This document shows, piece after piece, positions 1 to 11,822 of a stretch of 64,000 bases of DNA. The notes under the pieces were generated by a model. The model made no database searches. It had not been told where the DNA came from and was given only the letters and a program-made list of their open reading frames with translations. The position numbers and the translations under genes were made by a program. Each line of letters begins with the position of its first letter. The stretch's first letter is position 1. The DNA comes from Hyaloraphidium curvatum SAG 235-1. Its lineage: Eukaryota; Fungi; Monoblepharomycota. Where the stretch lies: NCBI GenBank assembly GCA_025558095.1, contig JAIVFI010000012.1:496001-560000 (forward strand), read 5' to 3'.

Positions 1-833
1 TTGAAGAGGCGCACCGGCGGGCAGTCAGCAGCGTTTAGAGCCAATGCGCCGCGCAGCTGCCTGCTCCATTCGCGCCCTTTCGCACCAGAAAGCGCACGCG
101 GTTGGTCGCTTGTTGTTTGGCGGGGTGCGTCCACGCGAGCGACGCGTCCCATGTTTGACGTGCGCCGCCGTTAAGTGTCATGTTTCTGCGCCCAGAGCCA
201 GAGAGCCACGCGGTCCTACGGCACGTTTTTCAAGCGGCACACGTGAGGCACACGCTGTCGTAGGCCCGCGGTCGCGTCTTCAGCACGCGACGCGTTGTTT
301 GCCCACTAACAGACGCGGCGCCCCCCGGAGAAGAGCCTAGCCGCCCTGCAGGGCCAGCGCAAGCCTCTTGAGGCCAATGGGCTCCTCAAGCGCTTTTGCG
401 GCGTCGCCTGCCACGCTTGGGGCACCGGTTTTGCAGCCGGTCCCGTCTGCGCGTCCCCGGGTGCCCAACCCGCACACCGCGCCGGCGCCGCGCTAGAGGG
501 CAGGAGCCCTAAAGCACGACGACCCCAGACACTGCTGCTCCGCTGCTCGCGGCCCAAAGAGCGCGCGCGAGCAGCGGGGTGGGCAGGGGTGTTTGGAATT
601 TGACTTGTCATCGCAAGGGAATGGACAACGGGTCAACGTGAAACTGTCCCTCTCCCCATCCCGTCCATCTGAGTTCTGACCCGGTTCAGACCACTGGGGC
701 TACGTCTTCCCCACGCCCCATAGCCACTCCAACAAGTTGGCCGGATCACCAACATACAATCCTGGTCCCTCCTCCAATACTGGACTTTCTACTGGTGACT
801 GCTGGAATGAAGGCTACAAGCTTTCTATAGCTC

Positions 834-2884
834 CTAGGGAGTGCTGGTGTTCTTCACACTGGTGCTAAGGACTATGCCTGCAGCCACTGTCTCGCCTGCT
901 GCCCTCAGCGTTATTCTCCCCAAATCCTTTGAAGCCCTAAACTCCTCAAGGCACACGTCCCTTTCCGTTGCCAGCTCAACAACTGCACTAGCTTTTGAAG
1001 GCAAACGGCGTGGATTGAGCTGCTCCACCTCCCCAGTGCGCGGATTCTGCAGTTGCCTTATCTTCCTCAGCATAACCTCGCACGATGCACTGAGGCAGTG
1101 TAGGACCAGCTGACGTAATGCAGAATCAAGCAACAATGGTGCTCCACTTGCTCCGAACACCTACTTTGGAGCCCGGGATGAGTGGCATTTTCATGTCGAA
1201 TGTCACGATCTGAGCATCAAAGTGCTTGGTGATGGGTATAGGGGCGTCGACTGGGCACAGTGCATCAATTGCTCTGCAAAGGTATGAGTTAGAATAAAAG
1301 AGAAGAGCAGACACTGGAAGCCCGTTTACCCCAGATTGTTCAAGTCAAAACTCCCTTGCAACGATACCGACACAGGCTGGCGAGCTTGTGCCGCAGGAAC
1401 TGCTTCACCGTGGAGTTCAATGCCTGCATGAAAGCTGTTAGCAACACACGATTTACTGCAATGCAGCAAGAAGAAAACTCACCTTTGCAAGTGCCCGTGT
1501 CTCCTCCTGGAAGCATCAGAACCCTGTCACCAATCTGAATGCGTCCAGATGCGAGAATCCCGTGCAACGTGAACCCAGAAGGCCCGCCCTTGCCGAAATT
1601 GTGCACGATAATTCGCATTGGGCTGCCTGCAGATGAGGCTGGTATCGTAGATGAATCTGGGAACGACGGTGTCAATGACCGGCCCAGTTCCTCAGCAGAT
1701 GCTGCATCCAACCTATTGTCTCCAACAGAGTTTTCCCGGCGTACCAGGGGCACAGCTCCGACCTCTCCGACAGGTTGGTACCCAGCAGTCCACTGCAGGG
1801 GATGAAGGACACTTTCTTGAACCCTGTCTGGTCCAGAAAAGGCTGGAGCTTGGCAACAATTGAGTCGAAGCGACCCTTATCCCATCCAACCTAAGGTTCT
1901 GTTGGTCCAAAGTGCCCACGTTCCGTGCCACAGACCCACATTATCCATTTTGTTCACTGGTACAAAGGTCAATTGAGGGCGCGAAATGCAACATCCATGG
2001 GCCCCACCGCATGTCACAATCTCCTGAACCCCAAGACTCCGCACCAATACGACATGTTCTTGCGTCGTGCCACCGTCAAAGCCAGACTCAAACTCGCCAG
2101 GAGTGGCATCGACCACTAGGCATGCAACATCAGCCTGATCCGCACCAACATGTCAGACATGCGGAGACAGCAGAGCACTTCAATTCACCATGACGGCGCC
2201 TCCAATCAGTTTGGGTATACTTCATATCGAATGGGGCGTATGCGGCGCAGCGCGATCTAGCTGGTGGAACACAGAACGCCCCCGACTGACCACCCACAAG
2301 TCCCTATGGCCAGGTGCATCGAGCAAAACCACATGCCGACTTTCCGTTTCGAAGTGCTGTCCAGCAACGTCCATCGTCACTCCACGCTTGCGTTCCTCGG
2401 CATCCTCGTCCATAGCCCAGGCGTACGCAAAAGACCCCTTCCCAGCATTCGCGGCGTCCCGCTGGTGCTTTCGCAGGGTGCTGTCCGAAACTTCCCCGAG
2501 CTTGTGTAGCCAGTGTCCAACCAACGTGCTCTTGCCGGCGTCCACGTGTCCGACGACGATCAAGTGGATGGTTGGTTTCGACGGAGCGAGTTGCGCATTG
2601 GCTCCCCGCGGGGCTGTGGAGGCCGGCAGGGGAGCGTTCTCGTCCGAGACAGCTTTAGCGCTGGCATCTTTCACGCGCGGAGAAGCTGGAGACTGCTTCG
2701 CCGGGGCCGGAGTCTGCTTGGCCGCGGGTTGCTTCGGTTGCGCTGGCTTCTTCGGAGGCGCCGGCGGCTTGGCAGCGGGCTTCGGGGCCGGCTTCGCCGG
2801 CGCGTAGCGCTTCCCGTCCTCCCCATAATCCTCATACTCGTCATAGAATTCATCATCTTCGAAATCCTCGTAGCTGCGGGGCAT
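834..2884 (-). CDS. HBS1: HBS1-like translational GTPase (eRF3/EF1A family), about 9 exons
   Basis: Motifs [26 protein letters not shown] and NKMD; C-terminal [18 protein letters not shown]. Exons join in frame across short GT-AG introns. The N-terminus is acidic and Pro/Lys-rich. Confidence 0.88.
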
Positions 2885-2950
2885 CTTTCAAATGGGAGAC
2901 TGATGAAATGTCCGCGCGTCGGAATCTGAAACCTTTCAGAGCGCCAAACA

Positions 2951-3993
2951 ATGTTCGCGGATTTGAATGTGCCGTGGCCTACGGGGCCTGCCGTCGGTTC
3001 TAGTCCGGAATCGGACCAAGCAGCAAAGAGGATCGTCGATGTATTGGCGGATTGTGCGGTTCCTTGGCTGTTTCAGCGAGACGGCCCCTGACGCCGCCCC
3101 TCACCAGTCGGGTACGGCATCGTGGCCCTGAACTACACGATCGAGGGTCGCCTACCGCAGACCCTGGTGGGCGTTGGCGATTAGCATTCGGCAACCTTCC
3201 CTTACCCCCCCGTGAACGAGGCTAATCCGATCAAGCCGGTGAACGGCGAGAGCGCGAAGCGTCCATTCCAGCTTGACTCGCTGGCTACCCAAAAGCCGGA
3301 CAGCGCCGCCAGGAGACCTCGTATCTATCAGCTCTCACGCCTGACGGTTGTTAGCGAGGACCTGAGTCACACGCACGGATTCGTGGGTTGGGTCGCCGCC
3401 ATTACAGATTGCCTGTCACCGACCGCCGCTGCAGAACAACAACGCAGCATTCTCGCAGTTCGACATACTGTCGATACAGCCGCAAACGGAGAAGATGTTC
3501 CAGCAGGCATGCTCGACCCTCGAGGTGGACATCATCACCCTGGACATGACCAGCCGCTTGCCGTTCAACCTGAAGCACACCACGGTCGGGCTCGCCATCG
3601 CCCGGGGGGTCCATTTTGAGATCACGTATTCGTCGAGCCTCCGGGACGCCAACGCAAGGCGTTACCTGCTGTCGAATGCCGCGAACTTGGTGCGGGTGAC
3701 CCGCGGAAAGAACATCATCGTCAGCTCGCAAGCCCAAAAGGCTCTGGAGGTGCGGGGACCGTACGACGTCGCGAATTTGTGCACCTTGTTCGGCATGAAT
3801 CAAGCGCTTGGGAAGCAGGCGATCAGCACGAATGCGCGGAGCGTAGTGCTGCATGCACGTGGGGCACCTTTTCGCCAAGGGAGCCGGGGACCGCGACCTA
3901 ACCGGCCAAAACCTACTCAAATGACCGGTAGACACGAGACGTAACACTTACAAGGGAGCGGTTTCAATCTCCGGGAGTGACATGGACACGTGA
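2951..3993 (+). CDS. RPP1: RNase P/MRP subunit p30 (Rpp1/RPP30), multi-exon
   Basis: Starts MFADLNVPW; contains QLSRLTVV, GVHFEITYS, NIIVSSQA and RGPYDVANL. The spliced end reads TRRNTYKGAV...TGA. Confidence 0.9.
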
Positions 3994-4111
3994 ATCATCC
4001 ACGCTAAAACGATCTGCTGACCAAAGAAGGAGACATGACATTGCATCACGAAAGGTACGAAACTGCCCGTTATACACACTCCATGCCGCTAGTTGAACAT
4101 GGTTCACGAAA

Positions 4112-5546
4112 TCAGGATGCCCCGGCCGGATCTTCCAGCAACGACGGCTCGTTCGCATCATCGAGACTCTCCTGTGCCTTCGCAGCCGCCTGGATGTGTG
4201 TGTTCATGAAAACCTGTCGCAGGGCTGGAATCAGTTTTGGGCGGGCACGGAATGCGCGAGACCAACCTCTTCGTGCTTCTTAAGGAGATCGAGGGAGCCC
4301 TTCTCGGCCCTCTCTTTCGGCTTGTCCGAGGCTCGGTAGCCCCAGAATCCGCCCTTGTACTCGTTCTCGTTGACCCGGTAGAAGCAAGAATGCACCGACA
4401 GAGCGTGCCGAACCGCGTTCTTCCAGTTGTTGTTCTTCTGCGCTCGGAAGTAGGCGTGGTTCCTGGCGATCTGCTCGTAGATTTGCGACACGAGGAGGTA
4501 CTGCTTCCCCGAAGACGCAAACGCAGCAACGATCAGGTTGGCCCAGGACACGTTCGGCCGCTGCAGCTCCTCCGGCGAGAGCACTTCCGCGTTTTCGGCT
4601 TCCGCGCCTTCCTCGAACTTCGCGCCGTGCACGTCGGCAGACCCGAAGGATTGCGGGACGTCCCTGGTGGGAGCGGGACTAATCAGCAGAGGCTCAAAGT
4701 CGAGGCGAGGTCTCGGCGAGGAACCAACGGTGCGGGCATGTTGGGTCTTCTTCGCTTCAAGGAAATCTCCTCGTAGGTCTCCGCGGAAGCTCTCTTGGGA
4801 AGGAAGTGCGGGGGCGGAGGGCTCTCCAAAGGGAACTGGAATCTCAGCAGCTTGCCGTCGATCTCGATGACGTCCCCGTTCTCCAGTATCGTGGGTGGGC
4901 ACCGCCGGGTCTCGACGTGCCCGTTCACCCGACAGCTGTTGACGCCCAGGCACTGCAGCTGGAATACCTGGAGGTCCGGTGCGTATTGAATGACGACGTG
5001 CTTCTTGGATATTCGGCGTTCCTCTGCTCCCAGGTCGACGTGCGCCGTCGGTCCCCTCCCGATGACCACTTCGTCATTGTAGTCCCCGTAGAAGTCGACC
5101 GCGAAAAGCTGCTGCAGAGCAGGATCTTTGAGTGCCAACCACACAATCCCGCAGCCAATGCCCACTGTCTCTTCGCTCTCCATCTGCGGGACATCCGGGT
5201 AGCCATGGATGGCAGAGGCAAGGATGTCCAACCCGTTGTCAGCCTGTCCGTCGTCCCCGTAGCCTGCAAAACTCTCTCGTGAGCATTCTATGATCCAGAA
5301 TGCCGCCAGCGACCGCGGCTGCAACCGGCAATCCCACTGGAAGCGGACTGCTCCTGTTCGTCGTCCCCCCCGTTGACGGTCGGCGTCGCGACTTCTTGGC
5401 GGGTCTGGAGCGGCGTGCATGAGTCTGACCTGCCGCAATCTGAGGCTCAAAAGAAACGCACGTCCTCTGCCGCGGTCGTCATTGGGAAGGGTTTGTGGGG
5501 AAGCGTGGTCGCGTCGACGGGCGCGAGAGCGTGCTGGCCGGCTCAT
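4112..5546 (-). CDS. FHA + forkhead transcription factor (Fkh/Fhl1-like); 5' end uncertain
   Basis: FHA domain (VVIGRG...ISKKH...LGVNSCRVNG...LENGDVIEI) followed by a forkhead domain (RPNVSWANLI...IYEQI...WKNAVRHALSVHSCF...KGGFW). Confidence 0.82.
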
Positions 5547-6269
5547 CACGGCCAGCTCATCGGTCGAAAATGTCGCTCGTTCGCCTCTTCGCCGGCTCAC
5601 GGCGACTTTCAAGGAGCTACATCGCCGCTTCCAAGCAGCCAGTCGCACCTGCTGGCGGCACAAAGGACCGTGGCGCAGACGAGCTTCCGGAGGCTGCTTC
5701 AGTGACTTGGTCATCCGCCGAACGCGCCGCTCAGGCGGAAAAGGACCAGAGAGGCAGCCCGGTCGATCAGCCAGCAGAAGCCGGTGGGTCAATCGCTAGA
5801 ACGAAGAAGGTTAGTAACTTGTGTCCAAGTCAACGCCGCCCAGCAGGCCAGGGGCACCGGACCCGAGATCACGTCGGATGATACACTCCTCGACGCTGCT
5901 CGCAAGATCGGTGGCCGGGTGGTGGGAGCTTTGGGCGGTGAGAAGGTCCTCGATGCCTACGTGGGTAGTAGATCGGTGAGGTTGGAGATCACGCTTCTTC
6001 CTAAGCCTCAAACTAGGCCGCAAGCGCAAAGAAGGGGCTGGACGCCGGAGAGGTTGGCACGGAGGACGGATTGAAGGAGCGTGATGTGCTTCCCAAGTCG
6101 GAGAAGCATGACAACTGAGGAGCCAGTCTGACCGTCTCAAAGCTAGCAAGGGAGGCAGCGCCGGGGGAACGGGCTTAGACTTCCGAAGCGCAAGCTAGAG
6201 TCAGTGTCCGTTCGCGCACCAATGTAGAGTCACAGCGGTGCCAGCTAGCAGGCAACGAAAGAACAGATG

Positions 6270-8690
6270 CTACCATTTGCCCTTCCCTTTGGACTTCTTC
6301 TTCGCTGGCGGCGGAGCTTTCTTTGCCGGAGCAGGTTCCGCCTTCGGCGACGCAGCCGCCTCCGCAGCGGTTTCTCCGGCTTCCTCGGTATCTCTGGGAT
6401 GAACAACCAATCGATCAGTTGGGATGGATGAAACGAAAGACATCTCGCGGGCCCACTTTCGTTGCTCGAGACCGGCGATCCGGGCTGATCCGGTGGACCC
6501 GGAACCCGCCCCCGCATAGCTGGAAGAGCCGCCCTGGGGCCCGCGCAGCATCTGCATCTTCTTCTTGCCCTTGCGTGCATACGTCGAGCGTTGCTGCTTG
6601 GGCAGCCACCGCTCGGGATCCGGCTGGACGGCGGGATCGTGGTTCTTCGGCAGCTTAACCTTGCGCTTGCGCTTCTTCGGTGCCTTCGCCGCGTCCGTAG
6701 CGCCCGCCTGCGGTGCCTTTGCACCGGCACGGGCGCCTTTCTGCGCCCGCACTGACGCATTTTCGAGGGCGTCCACATCGACCTTGGAAGAATCCTTCTC
6801 CACCGCGGTGTCCGGAAGCAGAGAGTCGAACCGGGCCGCCTTTGCGGGGTCGAGCTTCGAGTAGATCGCAACGAGGCCGGCGATTGCCTGGACATCGCTT
6901 GGATCCCGCGCGTGCAAGAGCTCCAGGTCTTTGGCCGCGTCCTCAAGCCGACCACACTTTGTCTTGAGGTCCGCAAGCATTCGAAGCGAGAGTCCAAGTT
7001 CCTTCGAGGGTTGGTTAGCCCTCGGAAACGGGCCGCAGCTCCGGCGAGCACACACCTGCCCGTCCTTCAGGCTCGCCACTTCTTCCATCAGCGCAAGCGC
7101 CTTGTCCGGCTGGTCCTGCTTCTCGTAGAGAAGCACAAGGAGCTTCATCAAGCCAGGCAGCAGAGCTTTGTCCGAGGCGCTCCGGCTGTCGCTGACGAGC
7201 GCCTGCAACGACTCGAGTGCCCCGGAGAAGTCGCTCTGTTCAACCAGGGCTTGGCAGAGAGAAAGCCGCAAACGAAGAGACTTCGGCCTCTTGGCGACGG
7301 CTTCCCTCAGCGCCTCCAGGGTCTTTTGGGGCTTGCGGTCCAGGACAGACAGGCCAACCGCGGCGGCGGCGGCGAGATCGTCTTCGCCGTACTTGCTAGC
7401 CAGCTGCTGCACCTTGGACTTCGCTTCAGCTGGTTTGTTTGTCCACAGGCTGACGAGGGCGTCGTCGACATCCACGGGCCGCCGCTGGTACGCGGCCATC
7501 TTGGCCAGGGCAGGCTCCGTGAGCGCGCTCTTGAACCGCTTCGCCGACCCCAGGAGGTCATTGTGCGGCCCCCGAGACGATAGCGCGTTGGCACTAGCGA
7601 TTGCAGTGAGGAGCGGGTCCGTGACTCTGCGAAATCGGCTGGCATTCAGTGCCAGTCCAGTCCACAACGAGCAGCACACCCACTTGGCCCGCAGAATGTC
7701 GTGCGACAACTCTGCTGCCTCCGCAGAACGACCTTGCTTCTGATACACGTAGGACAGCTCAATGGCGATGGTTGCCAGATCCTGCTGGAGCTGCTCGTCG
7801 GCGTCGGAAGATCCCTCGTCCTGGAGCGCCTTCCGACCGATGCTCCGCGCAACTTCCAGCCACGACACAGCGCGATCCCAATCACCGAGACCGGCAAAAT
7901 AGCAGCCCAGGTTGTACGCGGTTTCGTAGCTGAGCTGGAGAGAGGCGCGGTCCGGCATGCGGAGACCCTCCAGCGCATCACCAGGGGCCTTGTCGCCGGC
8001 CAGTAGAAGGCCGGCGACAGCGGCGAGGTGGTTCGTGAGGTACTCGCTCGACTCTTGGTCGTGCTGGACAGCAAAACTGTTGTAAGGCGGGCCGGGCCTG
8101 ATCCAGCACGAAGGCGTGACGCACCGCCGGAACCTGCTGCACGAGCCCCTTGGTAATCTCCATCGCCGTTTTGTAGTCTTCCGCTTTGTAGGCCTGTTGT
8201 CGAACGCGTCACACTCGGACGGGCACAGACGCCGGGACAAAGGCCCACCACTTGGGCACGGAGCTGCTCCATCTTCAGCTTGGCAGGGCCATCGTCGCCC
8301 GCAGCGGTGGACGCATCAATCACCGCCATCGCCTCCTCGTGCTTGTTGAGCCTGTAGAGGCAGTAGGCTTCCTCGAACGCGGCCTGGGCCCGCAGGTCCT
8401 TGGGGAAGGAGCCCAGCAGCGCGATTGCGTCGCCGAACTTGTCGGCGCGCACCAGCGCCACCAGCTTTGCAGCGAGCGCATCCGCATCGCCCGGCGCGAC
8501 CTTGAGGACTGCGACGCGTCAGCGCGTCGAGCGGCGGGCCGGGAGATCACGCACTCTTGTCCGCGGTGCGCACCACGCGGTCGCCGTCGTCCGCCTGCGC
8601 CGCGCGAAGCAGCTCGTCAAACAGTGGCGGAAGCGGGTCGACGGCCTCGGCGGGATTGGCCGCGGCGGCGGGCTTGGCGCGTCGCGACAT
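6270..8690 (-). CDS. SRP72: Signal recognition particle subunit SRP72
   Basis: TPR region (FEEAYCLYRLNK, YETAYNLGC) and the C-terminal RNA-binding signature KKRKRKVKLPKNHDPAVQPDPERWLP. Confidence 0.93.
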
Positions 8691-9063
8691 TGAGGACACA
8701 GAGGACCGCGCGCGCGTCACCCGCGACCACTCGTCCGCTCCCACCCCGGTCGCTGCCAGCTGCCGCGCGGCCTGCCAGGCGGGCCCGCACGTTCCTATGG
8801 GTCGCCCGCCTATAGCAAGGGCGGCGTCCGCCTAGACATTCTCCGCCGACCTTCGCCCGGATCCGACGCGGACCCTGCTATCCTGTCTCCGTCAGACCCG
8901 TCTCGCCTACCCTCCCTTCCCTCCACGCCGCACACGGATAGCTGGCAAATAGTTGTCGATCGGACTCTCCCCGGACCTCTCATTGCCCGCCGCTGGACGT
9001 TCCCTGCATCGCCTATCTTGACATTCCCGGACTGCCTCACGTCACATTCGCTGGACCCGAATC

Positions 9064-9936
9064 ATGAAGTACCTTGAGGTCGAAGCCCTCGAGGCCTTGA
9101 ACAGCCTTCTTTCGCACATTGAGACAAGCGACTCGGTCATTTCTGGCCGAGTGGAGGCCTACTCATGTTCGTGGACCGCGCGAGGCGCCTTTCGTAGTCT
9201 GACATTCCTGGTCCAGGCAAGAGCACGAACATCGACCGCAAGCTGAAGAAGGCAATCGACTCGCGCTACACCGAGGATATGACCCCGGCGACCGCGCGCG
9301 AGGGCTCGCCCGACCCGCACCCGCCGTCCCCCGTGTCTCCCGAGATCGGGCCGACGAGCCTGGACGTCATTGTGTCGCCGTTTGGCCCGCTCTACGAGTC
9401 CACCTCGCGGAAGACTCTTTTCTACCTGCTGGCAACGCTGAACGCGGCCTACTCGAACGACTATGACTTCAGGTGGGTGGAGCGCCGTCATTATTCGGAC
9501 ACGGGTCTGACATTGTGGCAGCGACGTGAAGCCGGATAGCTTTGCCAAGCTCCTGCACTCGAATCTCGCTCGCGCACGCTTGGCTTCGAACCTCGCGCAG
9601 GGCAAGGGGTCTACGTCTGCAAACGTGTCGGACCTGGTGTGGTCCGCCATTGACGAGACGATCAACGTGGCCGAGTGCGACGTGTACGAGTTCCGCCCCG
9701 AGGAGGAGGGCACGGATCCGTACGGGGACGAGGCCGTGCTGTGGAGCTTCCACTATTTCTTCTTCAACCGCAAGATGAAGCGGATAGTGTACCTCACGGC
9801 CCGTGCGATATCGCCTATGGATCGGGAACATGCTTCGGGCACTCCCGAGACCAGCGCGTTTGACTGGGACGACATGGACGACGTCAGGAGCGCCGACGCA
9901 CCCAATCTGAACTTAAAGCGCGCCAGGGTCGCTTGA
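9064..9936 (+). CDS. MAF1: RNA polymerase III repressor Maf1, 3 exons
   Basis: MKYLE...GRVEAYSCK, RKTLFYLLATLNAAY..DYDF and LWSFHYFFFNRKMKRIVY. Confidence 0.95.
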
Positions 9937-10005
9937 ATCGTCTGCAGTCTCGGTCGGTACGGTTTGGTTGTGACAATGATCATTCTTGTTTGTTTCATCT
10001 GGGAA

Positions 10006-11597
10006 TCATATATGCGTAGTTGGAGTACTGAATGGAAACGCCACATCAACCATGCTGGAGGTCGTGTATACCGTCGTCCCCTCCGACTCCTCCAGCAGCT
10101 GCCGAAGTGAGGCGTCACCCGAAACTGCAGCAGACTCGGCCAGGGTCTCGCGGACGCGGCACACGAAGTCCGAAAGTCCCAGCAGCTAGGAGCGCGTGTT
10201 GAGTGTCGCAGAACGTCTCACTCTCCGCCCAACGTACCTTGGACTTGAGATCGGCGCACTTTCTCCGGTACAGAGCCACGTGCGCGTTGGCGTGGTCCCT
10301 GCATGCCTGAAGCTCAGCCGCGTGATCTTCCCGCTGTCGCTCCGACGCCTCTTCGAGCTCGAGGGCTTGCTTTTCGGCGTCCGACCGCTTGTGGATCTCG
10401 GCCTCGTACAGGTCGCTCAGCTCTTGCAGCTGGGCACTCAGCTCGGCCACATGACGCTTGCTTTCGGCTTCCGTTGCGAGCGAGGCCCGCCGAAGGTCGC
10501 GTTCAAGGTCGGCCATGCTCTCCTTCTGCTCTTCCCGGTCCTAAGAGCGCGCGCTCGGATCACGGGGGAACCCGACGGCTTCCGGCGACGCACCTTCTGT
10601 GCCTGGGCACTTTGCAGTGCCAGGTCCAGCTCCATGATGCGCCGCATGCGCTGTTCGCTCTCCTCTGCCAAGAGCCTGTTCTCACCCTCCAGCACGGACA
10701 TCTGTTCCTTGGCCGCGGCGTTCGTCTGCCGGAGCGAGTCTACGTTCCTCTGAGGCGATTGCTCGAGTCGCCCAGAAAGAAACAGGCCCTCCTGCCACCA
10801 ACCTGAAGCTCGCTGATCATCTCGTCGCGGAAGTCGATCTCGTGGTCTGCAAACTCCCTCAGGTCCGCGAGCTGCTTCTGGAGCATGTCCTTGACCGAGT
10901 CGTTCATGACCGTCTCCGCTTCCACCATCGGCGTCTTGGCAGCCGACCGCGGCGTCCGCACGGTGAATGGCGAGCCCAGCTTGTTCATCGGAGTGCGCAG
11001 GGCGTGGAGATGCGCGAGCCGTGCCGCACGGGCGGGCGCAGGCGTCTCCGTGATTCCGGCCGGCCTGCGGGCGCCCCTCGGCGACGCCCACGGGTCGAAC
11101 TGCGGGAAACCGAACGAAACGTCCCCCTGCTTGGCATGTTCGGCAGCGTCGGGCGCCAGCGTCTGGGTGGACTCGGTGCCCCTCGTGCGCGCCAGCACGT
11201 CGGGCCTCTCCGCCTCCTTTTCCCGCCATGCGTCTTCCACGCCCAGCTCGTCATCGTCGAGCGAACCCGCGCCCGACGCGACGTCCTGCGGGAACACGGC
11301 GATCGAGTTGTCCGGCTCGACGTCCGAAAGGTCCTCGCCCGCGAAGGGGTCGTCCAAAACGAGGTGCGACGGCTGCTCGAGAAGCTCGGGCGGCGTGGAG
11401 GCGGGAGGCCTCTCGCGCGGAGGCGACGGACGGCGGAGCGGCGCGTCGCGGTGCGTGGGGGGCAGGAGCGCGGTCCGCCGCGGTGCGGGAGTCGGCTCCT
11501 CCGCCTCGGGGCGCAACCCGCCGCGCCAGAGCTTCTTGACCGTCGCCGGGAACGCCCCGGGCAGCGTGGCCGGCGACGCGGGAATGGAGGAGGCCAT
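10006..11597 (-). CDS. Uncharacterised protein with a disordered N-terminus and coiled-coil C-terminus, multi-exon
   Basis: Host-like codon usage and heptad-rich exons (LQKQLADLREF, LSAQLQELSDLYE) joined by GT-AG introns. Confidence 0.6.
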
Positions 11598-11822
11598 CTT
11601 GAATTCGGAGAGGATGTCTCTACTCCTGCTCCATCCTAACACTCGAGGCTCTGGACAGCCCTGCGAACCAAGTAGAGATCAACAGTATCAAACACATCGC
11701 GACCAATCTTTTTTCATTCAAAAGGAGCGCTAATCGGGGGTACAAGAGGTATTGGAGAGGATCAATGCTACGAATAAGGAATCGAGGAATGGAACCAAGG
11801 TGGCGGTCTGAATGACGAAGGA

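Noticed and set aside
600-660. LTR end plus polypurine tract (GGGGAGAGGG on the minus strand)
   Set aside because: It is not directly followed by a TG-initiated repeat, and there is no second LTR or pol sequence in the window.
5560-6240. Possible small gene between the forkhead gene and SRP72
   Set aside because: There is no consistent exon chain or recognisable motif; probably UTR or promoter sequence.
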